A stretch of DNA of 64,000 nucleotides from Myxococcota bacterium (GTDB lineage Bacteria > Myxococcota_A > Polyangia > Nannocystales > Nannocystaceae): contig JBCCHT010000002.1 of NCBI GenBank assembly GCA_039028615.1, forward strand, positions 224,001 through 288,000, in the 5' to 3' direction. A program made the position numbers and the translations under genes. Positions 17,933-28,324 of the stretch are shown one piece after another. The first letter of the stretch is position 1. The number at the start of each line of letters is the position of its first letter. Under the pieces are notes generated by a model. The model saw only the letters and a list, made by a program, of their open reading frames with translations, searched no databases and was not told the DNA's origin.

Positions 17933-18649
17933 ATGACACTCACCGTATCGAAAATCGCCACCGTCGCCATGGTCCTGATGATGGGCCGGGGCGGTGGAAC
18001 CAGCGCTCCCGAGACCGTATTCACCGACAGCGATGGTGACGGGGTCCAGGACGCCGACGACCTATGCCCCGGCAGCGACGACACCGTGGATCTCGATGGC
18101 AACGACATCGCCGATTGCAGCGAGACCTTGGCCCCGGAGTTCATGTTCGACAGCCCCGCCGACGTCGCCGGGGCCACGCTCGGGAGCCATACGCTCGCGT
18201 CGTTCTCCCCCAGCGACGGCGGAGGCTACAGCGGCTCTGGCTCCATGCGACTGGTCTCCAACGCAGGCAGCGTGACGTCGGCCGCCTTCGTGTGCGTGAA
18301 CATCATGCCCTGGGAGGACGAGGTCGAGATGTGGTTCAACGTGACCACCGGGTGGAGCCCCGGCTCGCAGGTCCGCACCGGCTATCGGTATTTCAACGGA
18401 TCCGACTGCTCGGGCTCGATTAGCCTGTTCAGCTGGGGCAGCTCGGTGGGCACCACGGGCGCCAGCTCGGGTGCCCCCTGGCCCACGTTCTCCGACCAGC
18501 GGGCGCTGCCCAATGGCACCCGCAGCGTGCAGATCGGCATCACCGTCCCCACGACGCAACCCGATGGCGACCCCTGGTACCTCGACAACCTGCTGGTCCG
18601 CGGTGTCACCGAGAGTGAGAGCTGGGAGGGACCTCCGGGCATGCAGTAG
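17933..18649 (+). CDS. Secreted protein with thrombospondin type-3-like Ca-binding repeat
   Basis: DSDGDGVQDADDLCPGSDDTVDLDGNDIADC. Confidence 0.6.
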   Translation: MTLTVSKIATVAMVLMMGRGGGTSAPETVFTDSDGDGVQDADDLCPGSDDTVDLDGNDIADCSETLAPEFMFDSPADVAGATLGSHTLASFSPSDGGGYSGSGSMRLVSNAGSVTSAAFVCVNIMPWEDEVEMWFNVTTGWSPGSQVRTGYRYFNGSDCSGSISLFSWGSSVGTTGASSGAPWPTFSDQRALPNGTRSVQIGITVPTTQPDGDPWYLDNLLVRGVTESESWEGPPGMQ

Positions 18650-18733
18650 CGCCCGCGTGACACTCGTGAGCCCGCGCAGGCCGAAAAGTCGGCCCGCGCG
18701 GGAACTTCCGGCTCCGGCCGTACCCTAACCGCC

Positions 18734-21700
18734 GTGCCAGCTTCGTCTTCGGGCGGCCGCGCCGTGGGTCGGTCGCGATGGTCCCCGTGGTTGTTTCTGG
18801 GCTGCATCGGCGTGGTGTTCGGGGTGCAACGGCAGGCGACTGCGGGCGAACCTGCTCCGGTCGAGCTACCCGTGCGGTCGGGGGCTCGCCCCACGGAGCG
18901 TTTCATCACCGACGCACGCGCGGTCGTGCCTCAGGCCCCGGCAGAAGCGATGGCCGCAGGCCTCGATCCTCTCGATGACGACGCCCCATCTTCGTGCGCG
19001 GCATATCGAAGAGCCGCCCGATCGGCGTCGGGGGCTGCGCTGGCCTACGCGCACTATCGCATCGCGTGGTGCCTGCTCGATCCTCCCGGTCGAGCCCCGT
19101 CCGACGATGCAGGCGCGCTCGAGCACCTGTCGCGCGCCCTCGAGGTGCCGCCACTCCCCACGACCGAGGACGAACAGCACGCAGCGCAGCTGCGCCCCCA
19201 CGTGCAACGAGCGTGGGCCCTGGCCTACGCCCGCGCACGACGCCCATCGCATGCCTGGCGCGATCTCGACGGTGACCCCCGCCGCATGGTCGAGCTCGCC
19301 TCGATCTACTTGGCCGAGGGCATGGCGCTCGAGTCGGTCATCACCCTGCGTCGCTTGGTCCACGAACGACCCGAGGATCCGCAGAGCTGCTCGTGGCTCG
19401 CCCTGTCCGTCGCGGCCGCGGTGTCGTCGGGGTCGCCCACCATCGCGGCTCAGCAGGCGGTCGCGCTCGGAGAGCAATGGTCCGCCCTCGCCGACCGGGC
19501 CCCTTCGCCCGCGCGCACGCCATGCCGCGAGCAAACCGAGTCGCTGCTCCAAGAGGTCGCGACCACCCTCCACCCACGGGCTCGCCGCGACGGACGAGCC
19601 TCGTCGTTCGATGCGGCCGATCGGGTCTTCCGGGAGTCCCTGCACCGGTTCCCGAGCGAACCGTCCGCCCCCGCCATGCGCTATCACCATGCCGAGCTGC
19701 AGCTCGAGCATGGCCACGTGCTGTACGCGGCGCAGGACACCGAGACACGCCGCCGCGCCCTCGACGTCTACCAAGAGGCGCACCAGGACTTCGTCGACCT
19801 GCTCGATGAAGACCCCACCGGTCCGCACCACGCCCGGGCAGCCTACGCTCAGCTCCTCGCCCTGCGTCACGCCCAGGAGCGCACCGACACCCCACCACGG
19901 CTCCACGCCTGCAAGGTCGACAGCACGGGCGTCTGCGTCTACCGGGCGAGGAAGGTCAAAAAGCGGCGCAAGACGAAGAGCACGAACGAGTCCGATCCCG
20001 CAATTGCCGAGCCGCCCCCGTTGCCCTTCTCGGAGGCAGAGCAGGCCCTCTTGGCCGCGTACGACCGCTTCGAGGCCCACGTCGACATCGCCGCCGAGCA
20101 TCCGCAGGAAGCCCCGCGGATCGACTACCGCCGCGCCTTCCTCATGGTCCGCCGCAACCGCTTCGAGCAGGCCCGCCCCCTGCTCGAGCGACTCGTGGTC
20201 GAGCACGACGGCACGAAGTGGGCGGCCTGGGGAGCCACGCTGCTGCTCGACCAGCTCACCATGGAGTGGCTCCGCTCCCGCGGACCCGAGGCTGCCCCTC
20301 GAGCCCGCGACGAGCTCGAGTCCTGGGTCGAGCGACTACCGAAGATGAAGCTGTGGGGGCATCGCGAAGCGCAGCGCCTGCGCGAGCAAGTCCCTTCGCT
20401 GATGGCCGGCCTCCTGTGGCAGAAGGCCGAGTACTTTCGCGAGCAGGAGCGCTACGAGGAGTGCGGGGAGCAGTTCGTCGCCATCCGTAACCGGTTCGAC
20501 GAGCACGACCGCGCCGATTCCCTGCTCTTCAATGCCGCACGATGCTTCGATCATGCCCACCAGGTAGGCAACGCCATCCAGGTACGCGAGGCCTTGTTGG
20601 CCGACTACCCCGAATCCGCGCACGCCCGGCAGACCCTGCTGGAGCTCGCCCAGATCTACGAAGCCCTCGCCGAGTACCCACGAGCCGCTCAGCGCTACGA
20701 GCAGTTTGCCGAGGCCTACCGCAAAGACTCCGAAGCCGCGCCCGCATTGGCCAAGGCCTACGTGTTTCGCCGCGCGCTGGGCCAGCGCGATCGAGCCACC
20801 GAGAACCTGACGCGCTACGAGTCGCTCTTCGCCCGGCGGGACGTCGGCCGAGCCGCGACGGTGTTCTGGTCTCAGTCCGAGCTGCTCGACGACTCCAAGG
20901 CCCGCGAGGCTCATGCCCGCGAGTACATCGCCCGCTACGGGTCCAAAGGCGGCATCGATCGGCTGGCGGTCGCCCACGCCACGCTGGGCCGCGAGCTGTG
21001 GCGCACGTCCTGTGTGCGCCCCGCGGCCGACGGCACCTGCGTAACGATGAAGTACGCCGCGGTCGATGCGTCCCCTGGTGAGTTCTGCACCGCCCGTCGG
21101 GTCACCGCGCTGCAGATCGGGCGTCGTCGCAAAGTCCGAGCCGAACGAGCCCAGGAACACTTGACGCGAGCCGTCGAGCTCGCGGAACGCGTGCTCGAAC
21201 GCCCGCTGGACCCCGCCCGTCAACAGGCGCTGGTCGAGGCCTTGGCGATGGCCCGGGTCCTGGCGGCACAGCCCGCCTACGAAGCCTTCCTTCGCGAGAC
21301 CTCGGCGTCGCACGGCACCACGCTCACCGAGCTGCGAGACCTCCACGAACGCCTCGATCCCGAGCTCGAGGAGCTGAAGGTCGCCTATCGAGAAATCTTC
21401 GAGCTCGGGCACGGACCATGGGCAGGGCGAGCAGCCTGGCAGTGGACCCTCGCGCACGACCGACTCGGAGATGAGCTTCGAATCGAGGTGCCCGAAACGA
21501 AGTCGGGCCCGAGCGAGCGCAGCTCATACTGCAAGCGGAAACGCGGCCCCGCCGATGCCCTACACGAAGCCGCCACTCAAGCCCTCCAGTTTTGCGTGGA
21601 GCGGGCCATGCAGGGGCAGTCCTTCGGCCCCTTTGCGCGAGCGTGCGAGCAGGAGCTCCAGCGCCGCAAGCCGAAGGAGTACCCGCCGACCTACGAGCTG

Positions 21701-21775
21701 TTCGATCGCAGCCGCTACACCCATGCCCCGATGGTCCCGGTCGGCGTACAGCTCGAGCCGCAACCAAGCGAATGA
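18734..21775 (+). CDS. Large secreted TPR protein (AgmU/GltD-like)
   Basis: Signal-like N-terminus, many TPR helices (LFNAARCF, LLELAQIY), C-terminal C...C...L...P..YP...E pattern. Start uncertain. Confidence 0.7.
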   Translation: MPASSSGGRAVGRSRWSPWLFLGCIGVVFGVQRQATAGEPAPVELPVRSGARPTERFITDARAVVPQAPAEAMAAGLDPLDDDAPSSCAAYRRAARSASGAALAYAHYRIAWCLLDPPGRAPSDDAGALEHLSRALEVPPLPTTEDEQHAAQLRPHVQRAWALAYARARRPSHAWRDLDGDPRRMVELASIYLAEGMALESVITLRRLVHERPEDPQSCSWLALSVAAAVSSGSPTIAAQQAVALGEQWSALADRAPSPARTPCREQTESLLQEVATTLHPRARRDGRASSFDAADRVFRESLHRFPSEPSAPAMRYHHAELQLEHGHVLYAAQDTETRRRALDVYQEAHQDFVDLLDEDPTGPHHARAAYAQLLALRHAQERTDTPPRLHACKVDSTGVCVYRARKVKKRRKTKSTNESDPAIAEPPPLPFSEAEQALLAAYDRFEAHVDIAAEHPQEAPRIDYRRAFLMVRRNRFEQARPLLERLVVEHDGTKWAAWGATLLLDQLTMEWLRSRGPEAAPRARDELESWVERLPKMKLWGHREAQRLREQVPSLMAGLLWQKAEYFREQERYEECGEQFVAIRNRFDEHDRADSLLFNAARCFDHAHQVGNAIQVREALLADYPESAHARQTLLELAQIYEALAEYPRAAQRYEQFAEAYRKDSEAAPALAKAYVFRRALGQRDRATENLTRYESLFARRDVGRAATVFWSQSELLDDSKAREAHAREYIARYGSKGGIDRLAVAHATLGRELWRTSCVRPAADGTCVTMKYAAVDASPGEFCTARRVTALQIGRRRKVRAERAQEHLTRAVELAERVLERPLDPARQQALVEALAMARVLAAQPAYEAFLRETSASHGTTLTELRDLHERLDPELEELKVAYREIFELGHGPWAGRAAWQWTLAHDRLGDELRIEVPETKSGPSERSSYCKRKRGPADALHEAATQALQFCVERAMQGQSFGPFARACEQELQRRKPKEYPPTYELFDRSRYTHAPMVPVGVQLEPQPSE

Positions 21776-21802
21776 GGCACGACCCTGACGGCCGTGCCTC
21801 AT
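21772..21802. terminator. Hairpin between convergent genes
   Basis: atgaggcacg ... cgtgcctcat 10-bp inverted repeat; no clear U-tract. Confidence 0.45.
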
Positions 21803-21817
21803 GCCGCCCGACGTAGC

Positions 21818-23071
21818 TCAGTACTCGTAGCCGCGCACGCCGACTTTCACCTCGACCAAGAGGCCATAGTCGACTCGAGACTCGCCCGCGGCTCGGCCCG
21901 CCAGGAACACGTCGATGAGGGGTGAGACGCCCATGCGCACGTTGGGCTTGCTCGTGGCCAGCTCGCCCGCCTTGCCCACCGGGTACCAGTACAGCCACGT
22001 CTCGAAGCGCAGGACGTGGATGTCGTTGAACGGGTTGTAGCCCCGGTCGCTCCCCGCCGCGGCGTAGCTCACCGCCGGGCCGAGGCCGAGCTGCGACAAC
22101 GCATTGCCCACCCGCCCCTTGCCGCTGTGAATGCTCAGCAACACGGGCAGCGTGATCGTGAACGCGGGCCGAGTGACGGGCCCGGTGATGATCGAGGGCA
22201 CCGTGAAGTCGGGCGTGGTGGCGTCACCATCGTCGATGACCACGCCGACCTCGTCCGCGTCGGACCACTGGCGGTCGTAGCGAAGCAGGACCTGCGGCGC
22301 GACCCGAGTCTTCCGCGGGGGATGGATGTAGGCCAAAAATCGGGCCTTGGTCTGAAACGAGTGCCGGGTCTCGGACTCGCTCGACTCGGACTGCAGCGGC
22401 GAGAACCGGAAGGTCTGCACGCCCCACGCCCCCTCGAAGTTCAGCTGATAGAACTTCGCCGGGGTGTCCGACTCGAACGAGGTGACGTCGCGGATCCAGT
22501 CGAAGGTACCGCCGACGCGCCATGCCCCCGAGAAGCCATTGAGCGAGTCGATGGCCGCGCGCCCGCTGCCGCTGGCGCTCGACTGGGTCACGGGCAGACG
22601 CGCCCGCAGCCCGATCCGATAGCTGTTGCACACGTCGACCAGCTCCGCGTCTTCGTCGAACTCCTCGTCGTCGTCGGGCCCCGGGCAGATGGGACCGATG
22701 GTGAGGTCGCCGCCCACGTTGAGCTCGCTGCCGCGATCGACGACGTCGAGATCGGCAAAGGGCGCCGGCTTGACGTCGGGCTTGTCCTCGTCGGCGGGCT
22801 CGGGTTCCGGCTCGGGCTCGGGTTCCGGCTCGACGCCACCATCACCACCCCCGCCCCCTGGAGTGGGCGGCACCGGTCGCGGCGGCGGCGGAGGCAAGGG
22901 CGTCGGCGGCTCGACCGGAGGATCGGGCAGGTCCGGCAACGGCACGGTGGTCGGCCGCGGCGTTGGTTCGGGATCGGGATCGGGATCGACGGGGACTTCG
23001 TCGGGATCGGGACGCGGCTGGGCTCCGACGGCGAGCGACGCGGCGAACACCGCGACGAGCCAGCTGCTCAT
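21818..23071 (-). CDS. Secreted Pro-rich protein with probable beta-barrel C-terminal domain
   Basis: Signal peptide, PEPEP/PPP linker, amphipathic beta strands, aromatic C-terminus (GYEY). Confidence 0.65.
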   Translation of the reverse strand: MSSWLVAVFAASLAVGAQPRPDPDEVPVDPDPDPEPTPRPTTVPLPDLPDPPVEPPTPLPPPPPRPVPPTPGGGGGDGGVEPEPEPEPEPEPADEDKPDVKPAPFADLDVVDRGSELNVGGDLTIGPICPGPDDDEEFDEDAELVDVCNSYRIGLRARLPVTQSSASGSGRAAIDSLNGFSGAWRVGGTFDWIRDVTSFESDTPAKFYQLNFEGAWGVQTFRFSPLQSESSESETRHSFQTKARFLAYIHPPRKTRVAPQVLLRYDRQWSDADEVGVVIDDGDATTPDFTVPSIITGPVTRPAFTITLPVLLSIHSGKGRVGNALSQLGLGPAVSYAAAGSDRGYNPFNDIHVLRFETWLYWYPVGKAGELATSKPNVRMGVSPLIDVFLAGRAAGESRVDYGLLVEVKVGVRGYEY

Positions 23072-23346
23072 ATCCGGATCTCCAGCTCCCCGTATCCGCG
23101 GTCGAGGGTCAGCTCGAGCCGTTGGTCATCCACCACGCCAGGCAGGTCGATGGTGAGTCGGTAGCGCGCGCTGCCGTTGCCGAACACGCGTACCTTGATC
23201 TGGACGTCGTCATCGTCGATCGAGCCGCTCCAGCTTCGCTCGGTATCGCCGCTGTCGGCGATCCTCTTTCTGCGGTCGACGAAGGCGTAAAAGCGCTCGA
23301 TCGTACCTTCGACCGGGCTCATCTTGAGGGTCAGTGAACGGGCCAT
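23068..23346 (-). CDS. Small hypothetical protein (92 aa)
   Basis: Strong SD (AAAGGAG) before ATG 23346; ATGA overlap with the next gene. Confidence 0.7.
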   Translation of the reverse strand: MARSLTLKMSPVEGTIERFYAFVDRRKRIADSGDTERSWSGSIDDDDVQIKVRVFGNGSARYRLTIDLPGVVDDQRLELTLDRGYGELEIRI

Positions 23347-23433
23347 GGGGGTCTCCTTTGGAGGCCCGTGGAGGATACAACGAAAGCGCCGCATCTCTGC
23401 GGCGCCTTCGCTCGTTCACGACCAACCGGGCCG

Positions 23434-25173
23434 TCAGTCGACGCGAACGACGTCGAGCGCGACCTTGGCCCGGCTCGGCTTTTCGGCCACGCGGATCTCG
23501 TAGAGCTGGCCGTCGTCGTCCTCGACGAAGAGCACGTCTCCGGCCGCAATCCGAACCTTCTCGTGGGCGGTGTCCTCGTCGACGAGGTCCGTGGAGGAGA
23601 CCTTGTTGCTCAGCCCGCGGTCGGAGAAAAAGCCCGGGTTCGAGTAGTCGTAGCCCCGCACGGGGTGGCCCTCGTCGTCGAGGCGGATGTCGTCCTCGCC
23701 CACGAAGAACAGCCAGTCCTCGTCGTCCGCCCGCACGTAGTAGAAGTCCGCGTCGCCGACCGTGCTGTTGGTGATGAGGGACGCGAACTCGCGCAGCGCC
23801 TCGGGGTTCTGCTCGAGGTTCTCGCGGGTCTGGCTGATGAGCAGCTCGGGATCGACCCCGACGTCGACGTCGGTCAGGCTCATCGCGACGTCGGCCTCGC
23901 CCTCGGCCAGCCCACCGTCGTGGAGCCGCACCTGGGCGATCTCCAAGATCAGGTCCCACAGGTACTGGCCCGGCGGCGGATCGCCGAGGTCGTTGAAGGT
24001 CTCCATGGTGACCCAGCCGTCTTCCTCGACGCAGGCCACGAAGGCCTCGGTACCCGTGCCCAGCTCGTAGCTGTCGCAGTGCGCCGGGATCTGGGCCGCG
24101 ACCTCGCGCCCCATCTGCATGATGAGGTGCTCGAACTCGTACTCGGGCAGGTCCCAGGCGGGCGAGTTGCCCTGCCCCGCCGGCTCGCGCGAGGTGCCGC
24201 CCGAGATGAACGCGTCGTTCTCGAAGACGGTGAAGGTCAGCTCCTCGACCCGCGGCTCGGGCACGAGGCCCTCGATGTCCATCCAGTCGGGATCGGAGTA
24301 GTCGTGGGCCGTCTCGATCTGCGCGCCGATGCTGTTGATGCTCGCCACGCTCACGTTGGTGAGGTCGGTGCCCTTGAAGGGCAGCGCGTTGGCGTTGACC
24401 TTGGTGCTCATGACGAACTCGTCGGCGACCACGGTCAGGCCCCGCGCCGCGGACACGAAGCCGGGGTGGAAGATGCCGGTCTCCTGGTTGTCGTAGCGCC
24501 CGAAGCGTTCGGCCATGTCCTCGAAGTTGGTGACGACATCGGCCAGCGTCAGCGGGATCGAGTTCTCCGCCACCGGATAGAGCCCATCGGGGTGCTCCTC
24601 GTCGGGCAGCCCGCGGCGCCACTGCGCGTTGGGGTGCGAGCCGACCACGTGCCGCAGCATGACCTCGGCCACGATCTCGGGCGGGATGAAATCGTCGGTG
24701 ACCCCGACGCCCAGTAGGTTGGCCAGCGCCCGCGCGGGCGGAATGCCGACCGAGCCGGACAGCGCGATGAGGTTCTCCAGGCTGGTGCCCTCGAGGTCGG
24801 CCGTGTCCGGCGTCATCGTCAGCAGCTCGCGCATGTTCTGCGCGGGCACGCCGAGCTGCTCGACCTCCTCGCTCGGCAGCTCGCGCAGCTGCTCGAGGGA
24901 GTTGACCATCAGCGGGGTGATGTCGAGGTCGGCCAGCCACACGTCCTCGAGAATGACGCGGGGCATCCCCTGGAGCTGACTGAGGCTGAGCCGATTGTCG
25001 AAGCCCACCACGTCGAGCCGCAGGTAGCGGAGCTCCACGTCGCGGTTTTCTCCCACCGCCACCGGAGCGGCCTGCTCCACCTCGTCGGGCAGCGGGACCG
25101 TCTCGTCGCCGCAGCTCAGGGCACAAAGACCGAGGGCGAGGGCGTAGGCGGTCGGGGTCGTTCGTCGTCGCAT
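23434..25173 (-). CDS. Acidic lipoprotein of unknown function, paralog of 25197-27047
   Basis: Lipobox ALSC. Shares LLTMTP, TLAD, HPG, AQVRLHD, DFYY, YDYxNPG and HEK with its neighbour. Confidence 0.8.
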   Translation of the reverse strand: MRRRTTPTAYALALGLCALSCGDETVPLPDEVEQAAPVAVGENRDVELRYLRLDVVGFDNRLSLSQLQGMPRVILEDVWLADLDITPLMVNSLEQLRELPSEEVEQLGVPAQNMRELLTMTPDTADLEGTSLENLIALSGSVGIPPARALANLLGVGVTDDFIPPEIVAEVMLRHVVGSHPNAQWRRGLPDEEHPDGLYPVAENSIPLTLADVVTNFEDMAERFGRYDNQETGIFHPGFVSAARGLTVVADEFVMSTKVNANALPFKGTDLTNVSVASINSIGAQIETAHDYSDPDWMDIEGLVPEPRVEELTFTVFENDAFISGGTSREPAGQGNSPAWDLPEYEFEHLIMQMGREVAAQIPAHCDSYELGTGTEAFVACVEEDGWVTMETFNDLGDPPPGQYLWDLILEIAQVRLHDGGLAEGEADVAMSLTDVDVGVDPELLISQTRENLEQNPEALREFASLITNSTVGDADFYYVRADDEDWLFFVGEDDIRLDDEGHPVRGYDYSNPGFFSDRGLSNKVSSTDLVDEDTAHEKVRIAAGDVLFVEDDDGQLYEIRVAEKPSRAKVALDVVRVD

Positions 25174-25196
25174 GTCTTGCACTCTCCTCGGCCTTG

Positions 25197-27047
25197 CTAG
25201 AGGACCACGGGGGCGACCCCGACCTCGATCTCGGTGTCGTCGTCACCCACGTCGAAGCGCGCTCGGAACACGGTGCCGGCGTCGTCCTCGAAGTAGTAGA
25301 TGCTCTCGCCCGCGGGCAGCGCGAGCTTCTCGTGGGTCATGTCGGCGAGCCCCTCGATCACCGTCAGCGAGGCCTTGTCGGTCAGCGCCGCGTCGTGGAA
25401 CAGACCCGGGTTTGTGTAGTCGTAGGGCGCGCCCTCGGAGCGGTCTTCGGGGGCGGTGAAGTAGATGTACGCGTTCCCGTCCTCGGCTCGCCGGTAGTAG
25501 AAATCGACGGGGTCGTTGTCTTCCTTGAAGTCGCCCAGCAGGAAGTCCGAGATGTCGCTGGCCTGGTCCTGCAGGTAGGGCCGCACCGCTTCGGCCGCTT
25601 CGGACCCGGTCAGCCCCACCGGGATGTCCTCGACGGTGAACGCCAGCTGGACCCCCTCGGGGAAGGTGGCGAAGCCGCTGTCGTGCAGTCGGACCTGGGC
25701 GACCTCGAGGATCGTCTCCCAGATGTACTGATCCTCGGGCGGGCTGCCGAGGTTGAAGAGCACGTCGTACTGGATCCAGCCCGGCGGGTTGCCGTTCTGA
25801 CCGATGTGCACCTCGGCCGTGCCGAGCAGGTAGGCCAGCGTGTTGGTCAGCCCCTCGTAGTCGGTGAGCGCCGCGTCGGTGACCAAGTACTCGAAGGTCC
25901 ACGGGTCGAGCGCCCAGACCGACTGGGCCGAAGACGGCGCGCCCGGGAGGTTGCCGTGGCACGTGGCCGAGCCCGTGCACGAGGGCACGAACAGCGGGTG
26001 CTCGCCCAGGGAGAAGCGCATGTCGATGCGCAGATCCTCCACCAGCCCCTCGACGCGGAATTTCTTCTCGTCGTTGAAGTCGAACTCGAGCTCGTCGTTG
26101 AAGGTGGGCCCGGTCTGGTCGACCACGACCGACGCGAAGCCCTTGCCCGCGCCTTCCGAGCCGCCGTCGGCATCCACCCCGTCGACGATGCGGAGGTTGG
26201 AGTCGGCCAGCGCGACCATGCGGAAGTCGGGGCCGAAGACCTGCCCCTGCACGGGGAAGCTGGGATCGACCACGCCGGGATGGTCGCCCTGCGGCCCGTA
26301 GCGCTCGGTGAGCGTAGACAGGTCGGAGAGCGCGTCGGCCAGCGTGAAGTTCAGCCGCCCGCCTTCACCGACGGCGGGATGACTGGCGGCAAAGTTGTCG
26401 CGGAAGGACTCGACCAGCGACTGGGTGGTGATCACCGGGTCCGTCCGCGCAATGCTCAGGGCATCGGCGAGAATCTGTCCGTAGTTGTCGAGGATGAAGA
26501 ACGTCGACAGCGTGTCGGCGAGCTCGGCCAGCCCCTCGCTGGAGGTGCCGGAGACGTCGACGTTGGCCGGCGTCATGGTGAGTAGCCGGACCATGGCGTA
26601 CTCGGCACTGGTCTGCCACGTGCCGTCCGGGCCCATGAAGGTCTGCCCCAGCGGCGTCAACGTACAGTCGTGACCGGGGTCGGTGTTGTCGAACTGCCAC
26701 GCGACTCCGCAGGCGTCCCGCACCGCGAGCAACGTGTTGGTCAGCAGCGGCTCCGAGTCGAGCTCGAGCAGCAGCACGTCATCGGCCTGCTCACCGAACA
26801 GCTCGGCCACTTCCTCCTTGTTCATCTCGAGGGTCAGCGGGGCGGGGGTCTCCTCGTTGAGACGCAGCTCGATGACTTGCTCGTTGCCGACACCCGGACC
26901 CGCCGTTTCGTCGACGCCCTCGTCTCCCGATGTTCCGCCCGTGTCGACGGAACCATCGGTACCGCCAGCCGAACCTCCCCCTGCGCTCGACGAGTTACAA
27001 CCACTCGCGAGCGCAGCGAGCACACTTGCCGCCATCCGCCACCGCAT
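25197..27047 (-). CDS. Acidic lipoprotein of unknown function, paralog of 23434-25173
   Basis: Lipobox ASGC, Gly/Ser linker, shared motifs as above. Confidence 0.8.
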   Translation of the reverse strand: MRWRMAASVLAALASGCNSSSAGGGSAGGTDGSVDTGGTSGDEGVDETAGPGVGNEQVIELRLNEETPAPLTLEMNKEEVAELFGEQADDVLLLELDSEPLLTNTLLAVRDACGVAWQFDNTDPGHDCTLTPLGQTFMGPDGTWQTSAEYAMVRLLTMTPANVDVSGTSSEGLAELADTLSTFFILDNYGQILADALSIARTDPVITTQSLVESFRDNFAASHPAVGEGGRLNFTLADALSDLSTLTERYGPQGDHPGVVDPSFPVQGQVFGPDFRMVALADSNLRIVDGVDADGGSEGAGKGFASVVVDQTGPTFNDELEFDFNDEKKFRVEGLVEDLRIDMRFSLGEHPLFVPSCTGSATCHGNLPGAPSSAQSVWALDPWTFEYLVTDAALTDYEGLTNTLAYLLGTAEVHIGQNGNPPGWIQYDVLFNLGSPPEDQYIWETILEVAQVRLHDSGFATFPEGVQLAFTVEDIPVGLTGSEAAEAVRPYLQDQASDISDFLLGDFKEDNDPVDFYYRRAEDGNAYIYFTAPEDRSEGAPYDYTNPGLFHDAALTDKASLTVIEGLADMTHEKLALPAGESIYYFEDDAGTVFRARFDVGDDDTEIEVGVAPVVL

Positions 27048-27234
27048 CGGCCCATCTTCCGAGATTTTCCGGGTAAATTCGAGGCCTAACGCGGGCTTTG
27101 GACCCATTGAAGGCGTGATTTCCCGAGCGGCCATCGGCGGCGGTGGCCGCCGTGTGCGGGCCCACGGCTGCGGCGGAGATAGAGCGGCGCGGTGGCCGCG
27201 AAGACGATCTCTTTTCGCAGTCCGAACGAGTCCC

Positions 27235-28137
27235 CTAGTCGTGCTCGCCCATCACCGACTCCATCCACTGCAGGTCCTTGGCCGACACCCGCTGGAACAG
27301 CAGCGGCCCCGCGGCGCCCGACTCGAAGAAGCCGAGCAACCGACCGTCGACGACCAGCGGGGACCTCCGAGCCGGTCGTGCGTAGTGATATCCGGCGGGG
27401 AGCACGGGCGCCTCGGGATCGAGCTCGGACAGGGCGATGTCGATCGCCGCGAGGTGCTCGTCGCCGTCGTAGAACGTCCCCATGATCTCGGGCCGCGGCT
27501 CGAAGTCCTCGGTGAAGTAGAACGCCTCGGCGGCCTGCCCCTCCAACACGCTGAAGCTACGCGTGGCGACTTCGCCCACCGTGCCTTCGGGGACCTCGGG
27601 CAGCCACTCCACGATCGTTGCCAGCGCCCCCACGAGATCGGCCTCGCTCGCCAGCAACGGGTGGCTCAGCACGGGCTTCACCGCGGCGTCGGCCTCGAGC
27701 GGCTCGTCGAGGTAGATGAGCGCGAGCGAATCCGGTCCAAAGGCGTGGTCCTTGAAGCGCTGGCGATAGGCGGTGCCACGGTGAAGCGCCCCCGAGAACG
27801 GGTCCTCCGAGGTGCGCACGCCGACCTCGTACTCATGGATGGTGTTGTCCCCGTTGGTCTGCCCCACGCAGTGGGCATGGGCCAAGACCCACTGCGGCGA
27901 CAGCAGTGCGGCCCCGCAGCGATAGCGGTAGTTCGCGTCGGGCAGGTTGTCCGCATCAGCCACCAACACCCACGCGAACCAGTCGGTGCCGAGGTCCTCG
28001 ACGCCCGCTCCGCCCCCACGGACGGCCTCGCTCACCGCTCGACCTTGCGGTCCCTCGACGTCGCACGCCGTGGTGGTGATCAACGTCGACGCGGTACCCA
28101 AGACCGCGATGCCCATGGTGAATGCCGATTTCAACAT
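27235..28137 (-). CDS. Trypsin-like (S1) lipoprotein, probably catalytically inactive
   Basis: CGAALLSPQWVLAHAHC and DSLALIYL present; GDSGGP replaced by PARRSPL. Confidence 0.65.
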   Translation of the reverse strand: MLKSAFTMGIAVLGTASTLITTTACDVEGPQGRAVSEAVRGGGAGVEDLGTDWFAWVLVADADNLPDANYRYRCGAALLSPQWVLAHAHCVGQTNGDNTIHEYEVGVRTSEDPFSGALHRGTAYRQRFKDHAFGPDSLALIYLDEPLEADAAVKPVLSHPLLASEADLVGALATIVEWLPEVPEGTVGEVATRSFSVLEGQAAEAFYFTEDFEPRPEIMGTFYDGDEHLAAIDIALSELDPEAPVLPAGYHYARPARRSPLVVDGRLLGFFESGAAGPLLFQRVSAKDLQWMESVMGEHD

Positions 28138-28324
28138 GCTGCCGCTCCCCCCGATTGGAAAATCGCTCGACTCCACCCATTCCATCTGGAGTCGAGCGCG
28201 GACCAATCCGTCCCAGACGTGAGTGCCCCCGCGCGCCGACAGTTATTCGAACGCGAACAACTTTTTCGGGCCGGGCTCGAAGTGCCAGCACAACGGCCGC
28301 GGAACGGCGATCCAGGCGCGTTCG

